A stretch of 64,000 nucleotides of DNA, taken from NCBI GenBank assembly GCA_007376405.1, contig VMGD01000001.1, positions 66,891-130,890 of the forward strand, read 5' to 3'. Below are positions 47,344 to 55,885 of this stretch, in pieces. The notes under the pieces are model-generated. The model did not search any database. It saw only the letters and a program-made list of their open reading frames with translations, and was not told the origin of the DNA. The position numbers and the translations under genes are program-made. This DNA is from Microgenomates group bacterium Gr01-1014_7 (GTDB lineage Bacteria > Patescibacteriota > Microgenomatia > Daviesbacterales > UBA10151). Position 1 is the stretch's first letter, and each line of letters opens with the position of its first letter.

Positions 47344-49991
47344 TGACAGGGATCATTTCTGCCTATTTTTCCATGGGACTTGGTAAGTTGTCCCTGCCCA
47401 CCATAAGTTTCCTGGGCTATTACCTGACCTCCTCTTTCAATGGTCACTTTGGTTTCTCCTCCTTCGCTAATCTTTCCGGACTCCAATTCTTCTTTTTCTG
47501 TTTCAACCCCAATTTCTATTTCCGGATGTTTTTCTTCAACAATTATTCTTTCGGGCTGTGCCGCCACAGGTGCCTGACCCTGTACAGCAACCTTATAAAT
47601 CCGATGGACTATTTCATAATCTATTTCCACAATTAATTTTTCAAATAAATCAAATCCCTCCCTTTTATATTCAATTAAAGGATCCCTTTGGGCATAACCC
47701 CGAAGTCCAATGCCCGATCTTAAATCATCCATAGTATCCAAATGCTCAATCCATAAAGTATCAATAGTATTAAGATAAACAAAAACTTCCATTTGTCTTG
47801 CCATCTCTTCCCCAACTTGTTTCTCTCTTTCTTCATAAAAATTACTTGCCAGTTCAACTAGGAATTTAGTTATCTCATCTGTATTTACCAGTGCGGATAT
47901 TTGTTTTTCGATTTGTAATTTGGACTCTTCATCAATTGGCGCAACAGTGGAAAACTCCTCAATAATCTTTTTAGCATCAATCCCCTCTTCCGTGTGAATT
48001 GTCACCACACTGGCAATTTCTCTTTCTATTTTTTCCAAAATCTCCTCTTTCAAAGCAGTACTTTTAGTTTCAGCGGTTTCCAAAACTTTTTTCCTTACCT
48101 CATAAATAATCTTCCTCTGCTGATTCATCACGTCATCGTATTCAACAGTGTGTTTCCTGATATCAAAGTTGTGGCCTTCAACTTTTTTCTGTGCTCCTTC
48201 TATGGCTTTGGAAACCAAACCATGCTCGATTGGCACATCTTCCGGCATTTTTAGAAAGTCCATCACTTTGGAAACTTGTTCCCCACCAAAAATTCTCATC
48301 AAATCATCTTCCAAAGAAACAAAAAATCTTGATTCTCCCGGATCCCCCTGACGACCGGAACGACCCCGCAGCTGATTATCTATCCTTCTTGATTCATGCC
48401 GTTCCGTCCCAATTACATACAACCCGCCCAAATCACCCACATTTTTGCCCAAAATAATATCCACTCCCCGCCCGGCCATGTTGGTGGCAACAGTAACAGA
48501 TCCTTTCTCTCCGGCTTTGGCAATAATTTCCGCTTCTTTTTCGTGATTTTTGGCATTAAGCAGCGCATGAGAAATTCCCTTTCTTTTTAGAAGCTCCGAC
48601 AAAGCTTCATTTTTATCAATAGCTGTGGTTCCCACCAAAACCGGCTGGCCTTTTTTGTAAAGTTCTTCCACCAGATTGGCAACAGCAGTGTATTTACCGG
48701 CTTGAGTTTTATAAATAGTATCCGCATGATCTGCTCTTATCATTGGATTGTTAGTCGGAATAACTACCACATCAAGATTATAGATTTTATGGAATTCTTC
48801 AGCTTCGGTTGCAGCGGTTCCTGTCATGCCGGCTAATTTTTCATACATACGAAAGTAGTTCTGGAAAGAAATAGTTGCCAGAGTTTGGGATTCTTGCTGA
48901 ATTGCTACACCCTCTTTTGCCTCAATTGCCTGGTGCAAACCTTCCGAATATCTCCTGCCCATCATCAGCCTACCGGTAAACTCATCAACAATAATTACTT
49001 CCCCATCCTTAACCACATAATCCTTATCTTTTTGGAATAAAGTGCGGGCTTTTAGCGCTTCTTCCAAATGATGAAGAGTGGAAAAATCTTTCTCATATAA
49101 ATTATCTACCCCCAGCATTTTTTCTATTTTTAAGTTTCCGCCTTCTGTTAAATGCACAGTTTTTAATTTTTCATCCACCACATAATCCGAAGGTGAAAGC
49201 TTGTCAATAATTTTGACAAAATCATAATATTTTTCCGTTGCTTCCTGAGCCGGTTGGGAAATAATTAAAGGAGTTCTGGCCTCATCAATTAAAATTGAGT
49301 CAACCTCATCAACCACAGCAAAAAAGTGTCCTCTTTGTGCCTGATCGGACAAGCGGAAAGCCATGTTGTCCCGCAGGTAATCAAAACCAAATTCATTATT
49401 GGTTCCGTATGTAATATCCGCCGCGTACGCCTCCTGGCGGGAAACCGGTTTTAGATGCTGCAATCTCTTATCATCACTTTGGGTCTCTTTGTGCTTCGGG
49501 TCATAAATAAAAGCCTGATCATGAATTATGGTGGCGCAGGTTGCTCCGAGTGCATAAAAAACAGGCCCCATCCAGCCGCAATCACGGCGGGCCAGATAGT
49601 CATTAACTGTCACCAGGTGTACCCCTTTACCGGCAATGGCATTTAAAAAAAGGGTGGGGGTGGCGGATAAAGTTTTTCCCTCCCCTGTTTTTTGCTCGGC
49701 AATTTTACCCTGATGCAAGCTGACTCCCGCCATCAGTTGAACATCAAAATGCCTCTGTTTAATTGTTCTTTTGGCAGCTTCCTTAACAGCGGCAAAAACT
49801 TCGGGTAAAAGCTCATCCAGACTCTTACCCCGCTCATGCTGCAATTTAAACTCGGCAGATTTTCCTTTAAGCTGTTTATCAGTTAGACGGGAAGTCTTTT
49901 TCTCTAAACTATTAATAGCCTCAATAACAGGCTTAAGCTTATTTATTTCCCGTTCATTTGAATCAAGCAGTTTTCCAAATATTCCCAACAT
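47298..49991 (-). CDS. secA: preprotein translocase ATPase SecA
   Basis: 897 aa. Canonical SecA N-terminus and DEAD-like motor; C-terminal zinc-finger tail CHCGSGKKYKKCH. Confidence 0.9.
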   Translation of the reverse strand: MLGIFGKLLDSNEREINKLKPVIEAINSLEKKTSRLTDKQLKGKSAEFKLQHERGKSLDELLPEVFAAVKEAAKRTIKQRHFDVQLMAGVSLHQGKIAEQKTGEGKTLSATPTLFLNAIAGKGVHLVTVNDYLARRDCGWMGPVFYALGATCATIIHDQAFIYDPKHKETQSDDKRLQHLKPVSRQEAYAADITYGTNNEFGFDYLRDNMAFRLSDQAQRGHFFAVVDEVDSILIDEARTPLIISQPAQEATEKYYDFVKIIDKLSPSDYVVDEKLKTVHLTEGGNLKIEKMLGVDNLYEKDFSTLHHLEEALKARTLFQKDKDYVVKDGEVIIVDEFTGRLMMGRRYSEGLHQAIEAKEGVAIQQESQTLATISFQNYFRMYEKLAGMTGTAATEAEEFHKIYNLDVVVIPTNNPMIRADHADTIYKTQAGKYTAVANLVEELYKKGQPVLVGTTAIDKNEALSELLKRKGISHALLNAKNHEKEAEIIAKAGEKGSVTVATNMAGRGVDIILGKNVGDLGGLYVIGTERHESRRIDNQLRGRSGRQGDPGESRFFVSLEDDLMRIFGGEQVSKVMDFLKMPEDVPIEHGLVSKAIEGAQKKVEGHNFDIRKHTVEYDDVMNQQRKIIYEVRKKVLETAETKSTALKEEILEKIEREIASVVTIHTEEGIDAKKIIEEFSTVAPIDEESKLQIEKQISALVNTDEITKFLVELASNFYEEREKQVGEEMARQMEVFVYLNTIDTLWIEHLDTMDDLRSGIGLRGYAQRDPLIEYKREGFDLFEKLIVEIDYEIVHRIYKVAVQGQAPVAAQPERIIVEEKHPEIEIGVETEKEELESGKISEGGETKVTIERGGQVIAQETYGGQGQLTKSHGKIGRNDPCHCGSGKKYKKCHYPN

Positions 49992-50057
49992 AATTTATTA
50001 CGAAGTAACAAACTCGCTTTATATATTATACCTCTAGATTGATACTAAAAGACATGG

Positions 50058-50086
50058 TTGACAAGACTAATAAATTTAAATAAACT
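50058..50086 (+). promoter_or_regulatory. candidate sigma70-like promoter (TTGACA-17-TAAACT) for the 50110 gene
   Basis: TTGACA at 50058-50063, a 17-nt spacer, and TAAACT at 50081-50086, about 24 nt upstream of the ATG. In the divergent secA/50110 intergenic region. Confidence 0.3.
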
Positions 50087-50109
50087 AGCAGTAATTAAAA
50101 ACTTGCCCA

Positions 50110-50994
50110 ATGGATAATCCGAATAATCCAAATCCAAATAACCCAAATCCTGACCCGCCTTTTCCCGGCGCAACTCCTCCACCTCCAACCCCATCTGCGC
50201 CACCACCTCAACCGGCTAATCCAAGCTGGGAATCACCGTCGTCCCCTTGGCCAACTGCACCCGGTCCGCTACATTCTGACGAACAACTGCCTCCTCAACC
50301 ATCAACAACACCACCATCTGATACATGGCCGTCCTCTTCCCCACCATCTGCTCCTACCCAAACAACCTCTCCTTTAGATAATCCGTGGAATGTACCGGTC
50401 CAACCTCCTCCCATAGATGGTCCGCAACCAACAACACCTGATTTATCTGCCACGCCGACTTTCCCCTCAACTCCTGTCGAACCAGCTGCTTCGCCAGCCA
50501 GTACCTGGCCAACTACACCATCTACCTCCCCCCCTACCGCAGAACCTGCACCATCACCATCTGGCACCGAACCTGCCCCGGCGGCACCAACTGATCTTTC
50601 GCATCTCATAACCAATCTTCAGCCTGAAACTCCGTTAGCTCCCGGAGGGGCAGAAACTTTAGTTGTACCTCCGGCTACTCCTGAGGTACCAACAGTTCCA
50701 ACCGAAAATCACAAAAGTATACCAAAGTGGTTAATTGGATTGGGAATAGGTCTGCTGATTATCGTGGTAGGAGCCTCTGCTTACTTTATTTTGGGTATTG
50801 GACAACCTCCTAAAACAACAACCTCAGTTCCTGCTACAACTCAAACCTCAAAACAAACTGTTAAAGCTCCACCTCCAATTGCCACACCTCAACCTGCTGC
50901 CTCCGGTTCTGCCAGTTTTGGTGAACTTCAAGGGGGCGGCCAAACCGCAACTTCCGCAGCAGATTTACTCCGCCGTCAACAACAGGGAAGATAA
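50110..50994 (+). CDS. Pro/Thr/Ser-rich low-complexity protein with C-terminal TM segment
   Basis: 294 aa. [32 protein letters not shown].... Single TM near the C-terminus ([24 protein letters not shown]). The region is GC-rich relative to its surroundings, and the antisense ORF is a composition artefact. Confidence 0.5.
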   Translation: MDNPNNPNPNNPNPDPPFPGATPPPPTPSAPPPQPANPSWESPSSPWPTAPGPLHSDEQLPPQPSTTPPSDTWPSSSPPSAPTQTTSPLDNPWNVPVQPPPIDGPQPTTPDLSATPTFPSTPVEPAASPASTWPTTPSTSPPTAEPAPSPSGTEPAPAAPTDLSHLITNLQPETPLAPGGAETLVVPPATPEVPTVPTENHKSIPKWLIGLGIGLLIIVVGASAYFILGIGQPPKTTTSVPATTQTSKQTVKAPPPIATPQPAASGSASFGELQGGGQTATSAADLLRRQQQGR

Positions 50995-50999
50995 TTCAC

Positions 51000-51269
51000 T
51001 TACCCCCTATGTATATACTTCAGCCATAGATTCTTAATAAAGGAAACAGATAAAGTGGAGAGAATGAATGCTATAGCTGGAACAATGGAATTAACAAAAG
51101 GATTACTAATACCGGCAAATAAAAAGAATAATGATATTACAAGATAAGTTAGAGCAGATATAATGAATTTTCTAGTCCAGCTTGTTTCCCAGGATTTTTC
51201 TCTTTCTACTCTTCTATTTCTTTCCTTAATTTTATTAATTTCTTCTTCTAAATCTTGAACTGTGCTCAT
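51000..51269 (-). CDS. small hypothetical membrane protein
   Basis: 89 aa. A charged N-terminal helix (coiled-coil-like EEEINKIKERNRRVEREK) plus two TM helices. Stop/start overlap with serS upstream. Confidence 0.4.
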   Translation of the reverse strand: MSTVQDLEEEINKIKERNRRVEREKSWETSWTRKFIISALTYLVISLFFLFAGISNPFVNSIVPAIAFILSTLSVSFIKNLWLKYIHRG

Positions 51270-52498
51270 TTTGGGTGAATTTCCGAAAAGCCGATATATT
51301 TATGTAGAACTTCCGGGATTTTGACAGTTCCATCTTCTTGCTGAAAATTTTCCAGAAGCGCAATTAAAATCCTAGGGGAGGCAATGGCAGTATTATTTAG
51401 GGCGTGACAATATTTTGCTTGTCCCTCTTTATCTCTGTATCTAATTTTTAACCTTCTGGTTTGAAAATCCAAACAAATAGAATTCGAATGAGTTTCCCCA
51501 TAGCCTTCACGAGAAGACATCCAGGTTTCAATATCATAAGTAATTGCTGCTTTTTTACCCATATCTTGAGAAGATAAGCATATAACTTGATAAGGAAGGC
51601 CGAGCTGGTTCAAAATTTCCTCCGAATTTTCCTGAAGCTCCTCAAAAAAACCAAGTGATTCTTGTTCGTCTGCTTCACACAAAATAACCTGTTCAACTTT
51701 GTAAAATTCATGTACTCTGAAAAGGCCTTTTGTATCTTTTCCGTATGATCCAATTTCTGTTCTGAAACATGCAGACATCCCCACATATTTTTTAGGCAAA
51801 TCTTTCAAATCAAAAGTTTCATCCGCATGCAAAGCCATTAAGGGAATTTCTGCTGTTCCTACAAGATAATCTTCATCCCCTACCTTGTAGGTGTCTTCCT
51901 CCCCCCAGGGAAATTGTCCTCCGCCCAAAAGAGCAAAACTTCTATTTATAACAGGCGGCACTACCAGCTGAAATCCTTTTTGCAAAATATGATCCAGGGC
52001 AAAATTTAAAACAGCGAAGTGCAGTCTGGCTCCTTCGTTTTTCAAATAATATCCTCTAAAACCCCCTACTTTCACTCCCCTGTCAAAATCAATAATATCT
52101 AATAACTTCCCCAGTTCTATATGATCCTTAATCTTAAAAGAAAACTTCGGCGGCTCCCCCACTTTTCTTATGATTTTGTTCGCTGAAGCATTCCCTATTG
52201 GAACTTCATCCAGTAAAACATTCGGTACTTGCAACATTAAAGCATTCCACTGCATTTCTACTTCGTTTAACTTTTGTTCCAAACCATCTAGTGCACTTTT
52301 AATTTTCTTTCCTGACTCTATATCTCTTTTCTTTGCTGCATCGTTTCTTTTAGCGCGCAGTTCATCCACCCGGGCAATAAGTTTTCTGCGCTCTTCATCC
52401 AAGGAAAGCAGTTTATCCAAATCCAAATCTGCCTTTCTGGCTTCAATAGATTTTTTAACCAGTTCTTTATTATCTCGGATAAAATTAATGTCTAACAT
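51266..52498 (-). CDS. serS: seryl-tRNA synthetase
   Basis: N-terminal coiled-coil arm (MLDINFIRDNKELVKKSIEARK) plus class II catalytic core. The start is probably the MLDIN methionine (52498), not the upstream M at 52522. Confidence 0.85.
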   Translation of the reverse strand: MLDINFIRDNKELVKKSIEARKADLDLDKLLSLDEERRKLIARVDELRAKRNDAAKKRDIESGKKIKSALDGLEQKLNEVEMQWNALMLQVPNVLLDEVPIGNASANKIIRKVGEPPKFSFKIKDHIELGKLLDIIDFDRGVKVGGFRGYYLKNEGARLHFAVLNFALDHILQKGFQLVVPPVINRSFALLGGGQFPWGEEDTYKVGDEDYLVGTAEIPLMALHADETFDLKDLPKKYVGMSACFRTEIGSYGKDTKGLFRVHEFYKVEQVILCEADEQESLGFFEELQENSEEILNQLGLPYQVICLSSQDMGKKAAITYDIETWMSSREGYGETHSNSICLDFQTRRLKIRYRDKEGQAKYCHALNNTAIASPRILIALLENFQQEDGTVKIPEVLHKYIGFSEIHPK

Positions 52499-53081
52499 TT
52501 TGCCATTCCCTTGCGGGTTCAATTTCCCCGCTTAAAATTAAATCAACTGCCTTTTTATGCCAGTCAAATTTAGTAATATGGTAAACCTGCTTAAAATATT
52601 TTAACGCATCTTTGGCTCCTGGTACACCTTTGGCTTGAGCCAGAGCATCCAGATTATCTGCCACTTTAACTATTCTTGCTTCCATAGTATTTCTGTCATT
52701 GTATTCTGAAACAAGCTCCATAATCTCCTTCTTTGAGTCCAAACCCGAAACTAGCGCTTTTACCCCCTCTATCTCAATATCTTTAAAAACTCCCCCTGCC
52801 ATACCTTTAACAAAAGTGCCAACATCTCCAACAATAGTTTCTCCTATATCATGAACCAGTCCCATTTTTAAAACTTTGTCGCAATCAATTTTTTCTCCTT
52901 CTTTTTGCAGCTGCCTGGCCAGAAAATATGCCAATAATGCTGTAGAAAAGCTGTGGGCGGCCACAGAATCCGCCTCATTTCTTTTAAACCCCATGGCAAT
53001 AAACCCCTGTCTGGGAAGTTCCTTTGCCCACTGCAAAGTCAAAAATACCTTTAAAATCTTTTTTAAATCATTTATATTCAT
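52485..53081 (-). CDS. HD-domain phosphohydrolase
   Basis: 198 aa with an H...HD...D pattern (GLVHDIGETIVGD; AHSFSTALLAYFL...). Confidence 0.65.
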   Translation of the reverse strand: MNINDLKKILKVFLTLQWAKELPRQGFIAMGFKRNEADSVAAHSFSTALLAYFLARQLQKEGEKIDCDKVLKMGLVHDIGETIVGDVGTFVKGMAGGVFKDIEIEGVKALVSGLDSKKEIMELVSEYNDRNTMEARIVKVADNLDALAQAKGVPGAKDALKYFKQVYHITKFDWHKKAVDLILSGEIEPAREWQNVRH

Positions 53082-53089
53082 AGGATAAG

Positions 53090-53116
53090 AGGATAAGAGT
53101 ATATAGTGATGAGTCT
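53090..53116. repeat. inverted-repeat arm (AGGATAAGAGT[atatag]TGATGAGTCT); partner at 53486..53505
   Basis: Read directly from the sequence. The 20-mer AGGATAAGAGTGATGAGTCT occurs here with a 6-bp insertion, and as its exact reverse complement at 53486-53505. An adjacent GGATAAGA tandem copy lies at 53083-53090. Confidence 0.6.
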
Positions 53117-53493
53117 TAACCCCTATTCTTTCTTAATGTTTTCAAAGTTGCAATTAGCATTTTAATTGTTTCTTCATTTAATAGCAAAATCTTTTTTATT
53201 TGGTCTGAAAATTGAGAGTAAGTTTCTTCTAGAAGCTCAAGCCAGTATTCTGTTTCCCTAGCTGAACCTAGTGCCATTTGTAGAAATCGAGGATATTCTT
53301 TTCCAAGATATTTACCATAACCTTCAGCTATACAAGCACCTACCGAAAAACTTGATCTTAATACTTGATCAGTAATAATCCAAACAATTCTTTCACTTGG
53401 AAGCTTTCTTGTTAACTGTATAATTTGTCTACTAACTTCTTTAGATTTTTGCCAAAATATTAATTTCTTATAACTATTTATTTCTAGACTCAT
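53116..53493 (-). CDS. four-helix-bundle protein (TIGR02436 / 23S rRNA intervening-sequence protein family)
   Basis: 'ERIVWIITDQVLRSSFSVGACIAEGYGKYLGKEYPRFLQMALGSARETEYWLELL' matches the family consensus. The ATG start is at 53491-53493; the ORF track uses the GTG one codon upstream. Confidence 0.75.
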   Translation of the reverse strand: MSLEINSYKKLIFWQKSKEVSRQIIQLTRKLPSERIVWIITDQVLRSSFSVGACIAEGYGKYLGKEYPRFLQMALGSARETEYWLELLEETYSQFSDQIKKILLLNEETIKMLIATLKTLRKNRG

Positions 53494-53505
53494 CACTCTT
53501 ATCCT
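53486..53505. repeat. inverted-repeat arm, reverse complement of the 53090..53116 arm
   Basis: agactcatcactcttatcct is the reverse complement of AGGATAAGAGTGATGAGTCT. It spans the RBS-like AGGA and the start codon of the four-helix-bundle gene. Confidence 0.6.
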
Positions 53506-53511
53506 AGTTCC

Positions 53512-54969
53512 TCATTTCCTAACTTTTTCAGGTTTTAGTGTTGGGAATGGTATCACATCGGCAATTGATGGAGAATCAGTCATTACCATTACCCATCTAT
53601 CAAGTCCGGGTCCAATCCCGGAGGTTGGCGGCATACCGTATTCCAAAGCCTCCAAAAAATCCTCATCGGTTTTTTGAGCTTCCAAATTCCCCTTTTTCAT
53701 CTTCTTTTTTTCTTCCATCCAAGCCCACTTTAAAACCTGTGGATCATTTTGTTCACTCCAATTAGTCCCCATCTCCATCCCTGCCACATATATATCAAAA
53801 CTTTCCACCAGTTTAGGATTATCTTCCTTTCTTTTAGCTAAAGGATAAAAATCCGCCGGGAAGTCATAAACAAAAGTAGGCTGTATAAGTTGATCAGTAC
53901 ATTTTTTCTCGAAAATCTCCAGCAGTATTTCTCCATCAGTCATGTAATCTTTAATTTCAACTCCCAGTTTTTTGGCCAATTTTGTTGCTTTTTCTAATGT
54001 ATCTATCTCATGAAAATGTACTCCGGTATGTTTTTTGAATAAATCCACCAGCTTTACTCTTTGCCATGGATTTTTAAAATCTAAAACCAGTCCTTGATAA
54101 GTTAATTTTGTTTTTCCAAATACTTTTTTCGCTACTACCTCAAACATCTCCTCAATTAAATTCATGTTATCCATGTAATCTGCATAAGCTTCCATGGTTT
54201 CAAACATGGTAAATTCCGGATTATGGTTTCTATCCATCCCCTCATTCCTAAATACATGTCCAATTTCAAAAACTTTTTCAAATCCTCCGACGATTAATCT
54301 TTTTAAATAAAGCTCATTGGCAATGCGAAGATAAAAGTTAGTATCCAAAGCATTATGATGAGTCTTAAACGGTTTGGCTCTACCGCCTCCATATACCGGC
54401 TGTAAAATAGGATTCTCCACTTCTATATAGCCTTTTTCCTCCGCCAGGAATTTACGGATGGTATAGATAATTTTGGATCGGGTTTCAATGATTTCCTTTG
54501 CTTTTGGATTCATTAAAAGGTCCAGATAACGTTTTCTATATCTTTCTTCTACATCTTTTAATCCGTACCATGAGGAGGGAAGCGGTCGGAGGCTTTTACT
54601 TAAAATTGTAAAATCATTAACATTAACAGTAATTTCCCCGGATTGGGTTCTGATTACCTCCCCTATAACCTCAATAAAATCCCCTAAATCAAGATTAGGT
54701 AAAATTTCATATTTCTCACCTTTTAAAGAGTCTGCTCTAAAAAGCAACTGAATTTTACCTGTGACGTCTTCAATATCAGCAAAGGTAATTTTTCCATGAG
54801 GACGAAGGGAACGAATCCTTCCGGCAACTATAACTTTTTTACCTATCATTTTGCGGGCAACAGCAATAGTATGTTTTCTATTACTTTTGGAGGGGTAGGG
54901 ATTTATCCCCAAGCTTTTAATATTTTTTAATTTTTTTAATCTTTCTTTCTGTAAATTCTCAAGCGCCAT
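53512..54969 (-). CDS. lysS: lysyl-tRNA synthetase (class II)
   Basis: 485 aa. N-terminal OB anticodon-binding domain plus a class II core with motifs 1-3 (FRNEGMDRNHNPEFT; GGGRAKPF; GIGPGLDRWVMVMT). Confidence 0.85.
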   Translation of the reverse strand: MALENLQKERLKKLKNIKSLGINPYPSKSNRKHTIAVARKMIGKKVIVAGRIRSLRPHGKITFADIEDVTGKIQLLFRADSLKGEKYEILPNLDLGDFIEVIGEVIRTQSGEITVNVNDFTILSKSLRPLPSSWYGLKDVEERYRKRYLDLLMNPKAKEIIETRSKIIYTIRKFLAEEKGYIEVENPILQPVYGGGRAKPFKTHHNALDTNFYLRIANELYLKRLIVGGFEKVFEIGHVFRNEGMDRNHNPEFTMFETMEAYADYMDNMNLIEEMFEVVAKKVFGKTKLTYQGLVLDFKNPWQRVKLVDLFKKHTGVHFHEIDTLEKATKLAKKLGVEIKDYMTDGEILLEIFEKKCTDQLIQPTFVYDFPADFYPLAKRKEDNPKLVESFDIYVAGMEMGTNWSEQNDPQVLKWAWMEEKKKMKKGNLEAQKTDEDFLEALEYGMPPTSGIGPGLDRWVMVMTDSPSIADVIPFPTLKPEKVRK

Positions 54970-55027
54970 GCCTAAAGTATACCTTTATCCTGAAGTTTTG
55001 ACAACGCAGAAAGGGGATATCTTCCAG

Positions 55028-55798
55028 TTATACAAGCGTGGGTAATAATGTGGGAGTAGAAGGTAAACTTATATCTGATCTCTCACCGTTTTGGAATCTA
55101 TCCATAAATTGCTCAAATTGTTCAAATAAACTCTCACTACCTCTACTTTGTAAAAAATTGGTATTTCCTATTAGGACAGGTTGAATGTTGTCTTTAACTA
55201 CAGCCAGTTCCCGCAAACTCCAAGTTCTCATGGTCTTACCGCTATCTACAATAACCACAGCAGCTTCAGCTCTATGGTCGGATACCTGTACTTCTTCTTT
55301 ACCGTTTGTTCGACCATCTAAATTGATTGGTACTCCATCATACTTAGGGAAATGTTGCTCAAAGAATTGCATTGTTAATCCAGGATAAGAGGTAATCACT
55401 CTTTGATGCTCTAGGTCGGTTACAATCTGGTATCTATAATTATTTCTTACCAAAACACTAAGCCTAACATTTGGATTAAATACCTCTAGAACGGCTAGCT
55501 CTTCTAGGTTTGGTGAAGGATCATTTTCATGCAGCGAAGCGAGAGCTAGATATTCGGCCCGTCTATCACTAGCAACAATTCCAAGGGGGTATATTCCTTC
55601 GTCAACCAATCTGGTAATATCCCTTGAGCTTTGGGCTATAAAGACTACATCTGGATCTTCTACCTCAACCAAAAGATGGCCATTTCTTCTTTGACTAGAT
55701 GAGTGGAAACCCCTTCTATTAAGTTCGTCCAAAACTGGGCGAAGGATATGTTTACCATCCGGAATAAGTACTCCCAATCTTTGTTCACGATCTATCAT
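55028..55798 (-). CDS. hisG: ATP phosphoribosyltransferase-like protein (HisG family) with atypical C-terminal tail
   Basis: 256 aa. Aligns with E. coli HisG across the catalytic core: [20 protein letters not shown] ~ [46 protein letters not shown] ~ [41 protein letters not shown]...[10 protein letters not shown] ~ RIATSYPHLLKRYLDQ...LVSTGATLEA. The C-terminal ~45 aa is unlike the long-form regulatory domain. Confidence 0.5.
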   Translation of the reverse strand: [256 protein letters not shown]

Positions 55799-55885
55799 AT
55801 TTATTTACCTACAACCTATCTTCCCCTAACCAAGTAGGGGTAAATTTGTGATATTGTAACATAAGAATGCAATATAAGAAAGATA

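Noticed and set aside
50295-50615. 106-aa minus-strand ORF (Gly/Ala/Val-rich) antisense to the Pro-rich gene
   Set aside because: It is a complement-strand artefact of the CCN-rich repeats (GGN antisense). It has no start context or coupling, and the sense ORF has a promoter and a TM anchor.
55822-55840. Hairpin cccctaaccaagtagggg between the 458-aa ORF and the HisG-like gene
   Set aside because: It has a short 5-6-bp stem and no following U-tract on the transcribed (minus) strand. That is not convincing as an intrinsic terminator or riboswitch, and nothing is conserved around it that I can evaluate.
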